This document shows positions 16,218 to 21,118 of a stretch of DNA of 21,118 nt, in pieces (position 1 is the stretch's first letter; each line of letters opens with the position of its first letter). The notes under the pieces were generated by a model. It saw only the letters and a list, made by a program, of their open reading frames with translations. It was not told the origin of the DNA and did not search any database. Origin of the DNA: Candidatus Rifleibacteriota bacterium (GTDB taxonomy: Bacteria; Muiribacteriota; Ozemobacteria; Ozemobacterales; Ozemobacteraceae); assembly GCA_051747585.1 (NCBI GenBank), contig JBNJGH010000061.1, positions 1 to 21,118 of the forward strand, written 5' to 3'. The translations under genes were made by a program, and so were the position numbers.

Positions 16218-19200
16218 TTACATTGCCTCTGGAGCAATTCTTACCTGGTTGCGGCCTTTTGCTTTGGCCACATATAATGCCTTGTCTGCCTCTTCAATCA
16301 GTTCTTCGATGTTGATTTGCCTGTTGTGAAGAGAAGTTACACCAATCGAGACTCTTACTTTCATAATCTTTTCTCTGTAAGTATATTCAGCGTTGGCAAT
16401 AGTATTTTTTATTCTTTCAGCCACAAGAAAGGCCTCTTTTATGTTGGTCTGAGGTAATATGACCGACATTTCTTCGCCGCCATAGCGGCCCGGGGTGTCG
16501 ACCGATCTTATGCATTCAACAACTCTTTGAGCTGTTTCTTTTAAAACAAAATCGCCGGCTTGATGCCCGTAGGTGTCATTAAACTCTTTAAAATGGTCTA
16601 TGTCAAGCAGTAGAATAGAGACTTCGAGCTGATACCGCTTTGACCTCGCAAGTTCTTTTTCAAGGTTGGCAAGAAAGAATCGACGAACATAGAGTTTGGT
16701 TAAACCGTCTGTTATTGCTTGTTCAAAAAGTCTTTGCTTTTCAATTATTAATGAAAGATGATGTCTGAGGGTTTCTATAAAACTCTTTTCATCTTCTGCA
16801 AAATTGGGATGGCCTTGAAATCTGTCTTTTGTAAAAATTACGTATATCGCTCCGAATTTCTTTTCTTCAAAATAAAGCGGTATGGCAAGAATGGCTTTGC
16901 CAGGTTTCTCAAAATTTTCAATATGCGTATTGAAAGCCCTGAGAGATTTTTGAATGGTAAGCCTTATAGCATCTTCCATGTTTTCCGGGTGATGCTCGGC
17001 AAGGTAGGTCGAATCTTCGCCTTCACCTTCGTTGATCCAGGCTGTTCCATAAGATTCACCTTTAAGATGTTCGAGAAGCTTTTGAGCTGCAAGGTCGAAT
17101 ATTTCCCGCTGATTGTGTGAGGTAGAGGCTTTTTGCGTCATATTGTAAAGAACGGTTAATTCATTCAGGCGATTTCTCAATCGCCTGGTCATGAAATTGA
17201 AAATATTGGAAAGCTCGCCGAGTTCGTCTTTTGCAAAAACCGGCAGTTTTAAGTCAAGATTGCCCTGAGTTACAGATTGTGCTCCCGAAGAGAGAATAGA
17301 TATCGGAGTTAGAAATTCTCTCAGCATTGCTTTTATTAGAATAAATGAAGACGCAAGACCAAATAAAAGGCCGACAAAGACAATCAGATACATTTTTCTG
17401 ATAGACTCTACAATCGTTAGCCAGCTGGCCCGAGCTCCGAGCAGAAAACCGTTGATTACATTGCCGCCGGACATTGCAACCAGCATCGTGTTTCTTCCGT
17501 TGGAAATTTGATCGGTTTCAATTGAATTTGAAACTCTGGCTATCGACAGAAGGGGAAGCAGGTTGGCTTTAAATGTTGAAGAAAGCTTGGGGATATTGTC
17601 AGAGATATCATCCTTGTTAATAATAAGAACTTCATGGTTGGGGTTCCGCTTATGCTGATTGATTATTGCAGCCTTGAGGTAGTTCCTATCAACAGCCTTT
17701 TTGTCTAAAATAGCTACCATGGCAAGAGTTTTGCCCTCATGGGTTTGAATTATGTCTGTAAAAACGAACTTACGTTCAGAGCTGCCCGGCCAGTTAATCT
17801 GATGAAGGGTTCTGGTCTTCCTGATTACCATGTCAATAAAACTGTCAGATATTTTTTCTATTCCTGAGCCATAAACATTACTTAATTCTCCCGAACGGTG
17901 ACTGAGAATTTTAACCCCGAGTTCCCTGATGAAAAGGCGATTCCCCGGTTCTTTTGAGAGATTCTCAATGTCAAATTCAATGTTTCCGTCGATGCCGATA
18001 AGGTAAAAATTCTGGATCTGGTTGTTCTTGGCATATTCATAGAACATCTGATGTAGTTCCTGCTTGTTAAGACTCTTGATTTCAGGTTTGTTTTTTATCG
18101 TTTTTAGCCATTCTGTCAATTGGCGATAGTATTCAAGTGCAGAATAATCTAATTTTTTGACCAGAGAAATAAGCTCAGTTTCCGCTTCAAGGCTCAACAG
18201 TTTCTCTTTGCTCATGGAAAATTGAATTCCAAGATAAACAAGAATAGAAACGGGCAACAGCATACATAGCAGAAAAAGCGAAAGCATTTTTTTCCTGAGT
18301 GAAAGACCATGTTGAATATTAATTGTGTAGGCTTTATAAAACAGTGCCGCCATCAGCAATGCAATTACCAGGCAAACTATATTGCTGGTAAAAATACTTG
18401 ATTCAAATCTGGTGCGGATTCCGCGAATCGAAAAAAGTGAAAAGATGTTTGCCGATGAGCTTTCGGTTATAGGTTGAACAAAAAGAATCCAGTCGTCTCT
18501 TCGATAAGGGTTGTAGATGCTGTTTTTATATTCTTCAATTAAACTTCTGGCAACAGGCTTGAGCGGTTCGTAAGATAATTTGATTTCTTTGGTGGTGGTA
18601 TCATAATAACCAACGCTGAACTCAGGGTTTGCAGTCGCGTCGTTCTTTATCAATCCGGAAAGCGCATAGGTCGGCGACAGATTTTTTCGCGGAATAATTG
18701 CAGCAAAACCGCCTTGTGAGTTGTCTTTGCCGTTGATAAAATCCCAGAAGAAGAAGACATCAGAGTTTTCGGTTTCTCCTCCTGTAATGGCATTGCGATT
18801 AGTGAAGGCTTTTGTCGCTGGAAAATTGTACCCCGTAAGAGGAGCAAGACTCGATAGAAAATCCCGGTTGGTAATTCTGAAAACTCTCGCCTGGTGCAGG
18901 GTTTGCAGATTAGCTCCTGAACTGAAATCATTGTATGCTTGCAGAAGCAGTCCTATAAACTTGTTTGTCTGATCCTGGGTTAAGGCTACATTGGTAGGAA
19001 TCCTGGTTAAGCTTGGAATTGAAGTTTCAGTTGCATCCCAGAAAATCAGGCTGGAATTAGAAGGTATGTCGCTGTAAAGATTCTCGACAAGAGCCTGGTT
19101 CCCATCCATGTTTTCAGGCATATTTTGTTTAAAATTTTCGCTGAATCCCTGTAGACGCTTTAAAAAAATCTGATGATTGGTGGTCCTGTTTCTAAAAGCG

Positions 19201-19391
19201 GTTAACTCTCGCTGATAGTATTTTACTGCTTTTTCTTCCTGGTTTGTGAAGTTATTTGAAAGATATGTTTTGTAGCTTTGCAGAAAAATGAAAAGAGGTA
19301 AAATTGCAAAAAAGATATACAGAAAAATCCAGGGGCCCGGCCTGGTCAAACTCGAATTAAAAACTTTGCCCTCTGTGCTTTTACTGCTCAT
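16218..19391 (-). CDS. Membrane sensor diguanylate cyclase (4 TM, two extracytoplasmic domains, HAMP, GAF, GGDEF)
   Basis: AITDGLTKLY, DIDHFKEFNDTYGHQAGD, RSVD-TPGRY-GGEEM, ADKALYVAKAKGRN; HAMP motif DELGELSNIFNFMT; four hydrophobic segments. Confidence 0.93.
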   Translation of the reverse strand: MSSKSTEGKVFNSSLTRPGPWIFLYIFFAILPLFIFLQSYKTYLSNNFTNQEEKAVKYYQRELTAFRNRTTNHQIFLKRLQGFSENFKQNMPENMDGNQALVENLYSDIPSNSSLIFWDATETSIPSLTRIPTNVALTQDQTNKFIGLLLQAYNDFSSGANLQTLHQARVFRITNRDFLSSLAPLTGYNFPATKAFTNRNAITGGETENSDVFFFWDFINGKDNSQGGFAAIIPRKNLSPTYALSGLIKNDATANPEFSVGYYDTTTKEIKLSYEPLKPVARSLIEEYKNSIYNPYRRDDWILFVQPITESSSANIFSLFSIRGIRTRFESSIFTSNIVCLVIALLMAALFYKAYTINIQHGLSLRKKMLSLFLLCMLLPVSILVYLGIQFSMSKEKLLSLEAETELISLVKKLDYSALEYYRQLTEWLKTIKNKPEIKSLNKQELHQMFYEYAKNNQIQNFYLIGIDGNIEFDIENLSKEPGNRLFIRELGVKILSHRSGELSNVYGSGIEKISDSFIDMVIRKTRTLHQINWPGSSERKFVFTDIIQTHEGKTLAMVAILDKKAVDRNYLKAAIINQHKRNPNHEVLIINKDDISDNIPKLSSTFKANLLPLLSIARVSNSIETDQISNGRNTMLVAMSGGNVINGFLLGARASWLTIVESIRKMYLIVFVGLLFGLASSFILIKAMLREFLTPISILSSGAQSVTQGNLDLKLPVFAKDELGELSNIFNFMTRRLRNRLNELTVLYNMTQKASTSHNQREIFDLAAQKLLEHLKGESYGTAWINEGEGEDSTYLAEHHPENMEDAIRLTIQKSLRAFNTHIENFEKPGKAILAIPLYFEEKKFGAIYVIFTKDRFQGHPNFAEDEKSFIETLRHHLSLIIEKQRLFEQAITDGLTKLYVRRFFLANLEKELARSKRYQLEVSILLLDIDHFKEFNDTYGHQAGDFVLKETAQRVVECIRSVDTPGRYGGEEMSVILPQTNIKEAFLVAERIKNTIANAEYTYREKIMKVRVSIGVTSLHNRQINIEELIEEADKALYVAKAKGRNQVRIAPEAM

Positions 19392-19477
19392 ACAATTTAT
19401 ATTTTTTCTGGATTAATATCCTCTGTCCGTGTTAAGGATTTAATAACAGGATTAGTTATAACATCAGGAGTATACTT

Positions 19478-20185
19478 ATGTCTATCAACAATAAAAAAAA
19501 TCAAAAGCTTGTGTTGTTGTGCCTTTTTTCTTTCTTTTTTTCTGTTTCAGCTTTCGCCGTAAATGTTCAGGTGTTTGAGGGCGGGTTTCCCTTTGCCGAT
19601 CCCGGGCAGCTCATTCAGGAGGGAGTAAGGCTGGGTAATTCACAAATGTTACGCAAAGCCTGGAAGCACTACGAAGAAACGTTAATGCTTTCGGGGGCAT
19701 CGCCATTTGCAAGTCTGGAAATGGGAAAAATTTACTATCATCTTTCTTTACTGGGCGACAGCACCGAAGAAGACTATGATACTGCAGAATTTTTTGCCCG
19801 ACAGGCGGTTCAAGAAAATCCGCACAGCGCTGATGCGCACAGGGCACTGGCGTTAGTTCTTGCAGGCAGAGGCGCTTACCTGGATGCTTTTCAAGAGTTG
19901 TCTCTTGCTATTACTTTGAATCCGACGAACCAGATGTTGATCTATGACCTGGCTGCTCTGCACATAACTTTACATCAGCCGGAAAAAACAATCGCCTTAC
20001 TGGAAGGCCGAAACCATGATAGCGGCTGGCCTTATGTTGTTCTTTCAATGGCCTGGTTACAGAAAAACCAAAGAGGTAAAGCTCTTCTCAGTCTGATGAA
20101 AGCCAGAAAACTCGGGCATTCTGGCTACTGGATCGATGAGCTTACCAGGCAGATCAGCACTGACCTTGATTTGCCGATAGACTAA
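19478..20185 (+). CDS. Secreted TPR-repeat protein
   Basis: AGGAG SD; signal peptide ending VSAFA; TPR patterns AVQENPHSADAHRALALVL, AITLNPTN. Confidence 0.82.
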   Translation: MSINNKKNQKLVLLCLFSFFFSVSAFAVNVQVFEGGFPFADPGQLIQEGVRLGNSQMLRKAWKHYEETLMLSGASPFASLEMGKIYYHLSLLGDSTEEDYDTAEFFARQAVQENPHSADAHRALALVLAGRGAYLDAFQELSLAITLNPTNQMLIYDLAALHITLHQPEKTIALLEGRNHDSGWPYVVLSMAWLQKNQRGKALLSLMKARKLGHSGYWIDELTRQISTDLDLPID

Positions 20186-20206
20186 AAAACTGGTAATTTC
20201 CCAGTT

Positions 20207-20298
20207 GGTCATTGAGCGGAGCTCGTGCTGAGCGTAGCCGAAGCATCGAAATGACCTTTTAGTAACAATATCTCCTGGTCATTGAGGGGGAGTCGAAG
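20207..20298. repeat. Cluster of three REP-like palindromic units (stem-GAGCGNAGYCGA-stem), one nested in another
   Basis: GGTCATT-GAGCGGAG...TCGA-AATGACC (20207-20256) interrupted by an insert containing TGCT-GAGCGTAGCCGA-AGCA (20226-20245); degenerate copy GGTCATTGAGGGGGAGTCGAAG (20277-20298); lies between convergent genes. Confidence 0.8.
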
Positions 20299-20371
20299 TA
20301 AAGCAATCTAAATGTCTTGAAACGGTTTTAACAAACTAATGGAAAATTATTGTTTGAGATCTTTTTAATTC

Positions 20372-20944
20372 TCAGGCAAAGAGGTTCCGGTAAATAAAAA
20401 ACAGAACCAATACGGCAAAAACAACTATGATTACGGTTGTTAAAGGGTTTTTATTATACTGATACTTAAGTCGTTCCATGGGTGTCGGGTAATAATTTGT
20501 CCAGCGCAGAAGATCTTTTGTGTGATCTTTATATTTTTCGATCTTCATGTATCTGCTGCTGGTCTTAGCTACTGTGCGATGTTCGTGATAATGAAAACTT
20601 ATGGTTTTATCACCGTCCAGCACGCCATGAAGGGCGCAATACCACTGAAAGTCATCACGACTGTTGCTAACCAGAAAGTATTTGCAATCTTTGGTGGGGG
20701 GCACAGGATCCCTGGGAAGATATTCCAGGCCTAAAAGCATGGTTTTCACGTTTTCATAAGTGCTCCATGCCGGAAGGGACGTATCGTTTTCATTAACAAA
20801 TTTCTGAACAGCGTCATTTAAATACTTCAGGTTATCTCTGCATTTCCCGGCAAAAACCTTACCGGTATCAACAGCAAATAGGGCTGAATGTGCTGTAATC
20901 ATTAACAAAATTATTACTGGAATTAGATATCTTAATCGCTTCAT
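20372..20944 (-). CDS. Exported protein with a pilin-head-like Cys motif and C-terminal TM anchor
   Basis: Start reassigned to ATG 20944 (AAGGA SD); signal peptide MKRLRYLIPVIILLMITAHSALFA; CRDNLKYLNDAV...YLPRDP...C...YCALHG; C-terminal TM VIIVVFAVLVLFFIY. Confidence 0.75.
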   Translation of the reverse strand: MKRLRYLIPVIILLMITAHSALFAVDTGKVFAGKCRDNLKYLNDAVQKFVNENDTSLPAWSTYENVKTMLLGLEYLPRDPVPPTKDCKYFLVSNSRDDFQWYCALHGVLDGDKTISFHYHEHRTVAKTSSRYMKIEKYKDHTKDLLRWTNYYPTPMERLKYQYNKNPLTTVIIVVFAVLVLFFIYRNLFA

Positions 20945-20994
20945 CAGGCTTGTCCTTTTTTCCACATAGTTAGAAGATTTCACTTTTAATTATC

Positions 20995-21023
20995 TTGATT
21001 TTGCCAGAAAAACTTAGTAGAAT
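20995..21023 (+). promoter_or_regulatory. Sigma70-type promoter of the tRNA gene
   Basis: TTGATT (20995-21000), 17 nt spacer, TAGAAT (21018-21023), ending 14 nt before the tRNA. Confidence 0.65.
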
Positions 21024-21037
21024 CAAGAAACATTGCT

Positions 21038-21111
21038 GCACCTATAGCTCAGGTGGATAGAGCACAGGATTCCTAATCCTGGTGCCCCAGGTTCGAGTCC
21101 TGGTAGGTGCA
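21038..21111 (+). tRNA. tRNA-Arg (anticodon CCT)
   Basis: Cloverleaf: acceptor GCACCTA/TAGGTGC, D arm GCTC/GAGC with GGA (A20), anticodon stem CAGGA/TCCTG with loop TTCCTAA, T arm CCAGG-TTCGAGT-CCTGG; no encoded CCA. Confidence 0.97.
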
Positions 21112-21118
21112 TTTTTTT

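Noticed and set aside
16467..16481. GGEEM as a sign of an inactive GGDEF domain
   Set aside because: Only the fifth position differs; GGEE, DIDHFK and NDTYGH motifs are intact
20207..20298. Repeats as a mini CRISPR array
   Set aside because: Units are nested and irregular, there are no uniform spacers and no cas genes
325..20734. The many 60-120 aa alternative-frame and antisense ORFs in the ORF track
   Set aside because: All lie within longer genes with clear motifs or coupling signals and show no recognisable domains; treated as shadow ORFs
20945..20983. GTG start at 20983 for the last CDS, and CALHG as a heme-binding motif
   Set aside because: ATG 20944 has an SD and gives a proper signal peptide; CALH is not CxxCH

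Overview
AT-rich bacterial chromosomal region with no transposase, integrase, phage gene, rRNA or CRISPR array. The gene style (very large multi-TM sensor-cyclase, orphan prepilin-like genes, many secreted TPR/hypothetical proteins) is reminiscent of Candidatus Riflebacteria, which is inference only. anmK (+) converges on an ~18 kb run of 13 minus-strand genes, many translationally coupled: membrane diguanylate cyclase, two prepilin-like proteins, a membrane-sensor/GAF/degenerate SpoIIE-type PP2C protein, ispG, a secreted beta-propeller protein, a secreted tandem DUF4350/GATase-like protein, two CUT1 ABC permeases, a UgpB-like solute-binding protein, a DHH/DHHA1 (NrnA-like) phosphoesterase, a secreted TPR protein and a membrane-anchored hypothetical. 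The right end holds a secreted TPR protein (+), nested REP-like palindromes, a pilin-head-like protein with a C-terminal anchor (-) and tRNA-Arg(CCT). Best leads: (i) an ABC importer coupled to an NrnA-like enzyme, possibly oligo-/dinucleotide scavenging; (ii) a DGC + minor pilins + probable pseudophosphatase module; (iii) a palindromic element inserted inside another copy of the same family; (iv) a pilin-like domain with swapped anchoring; (v) a long hairpin whose mismatches all become G-U pairs on the minus strand. All functional links are hypotheses from sequence reading only.
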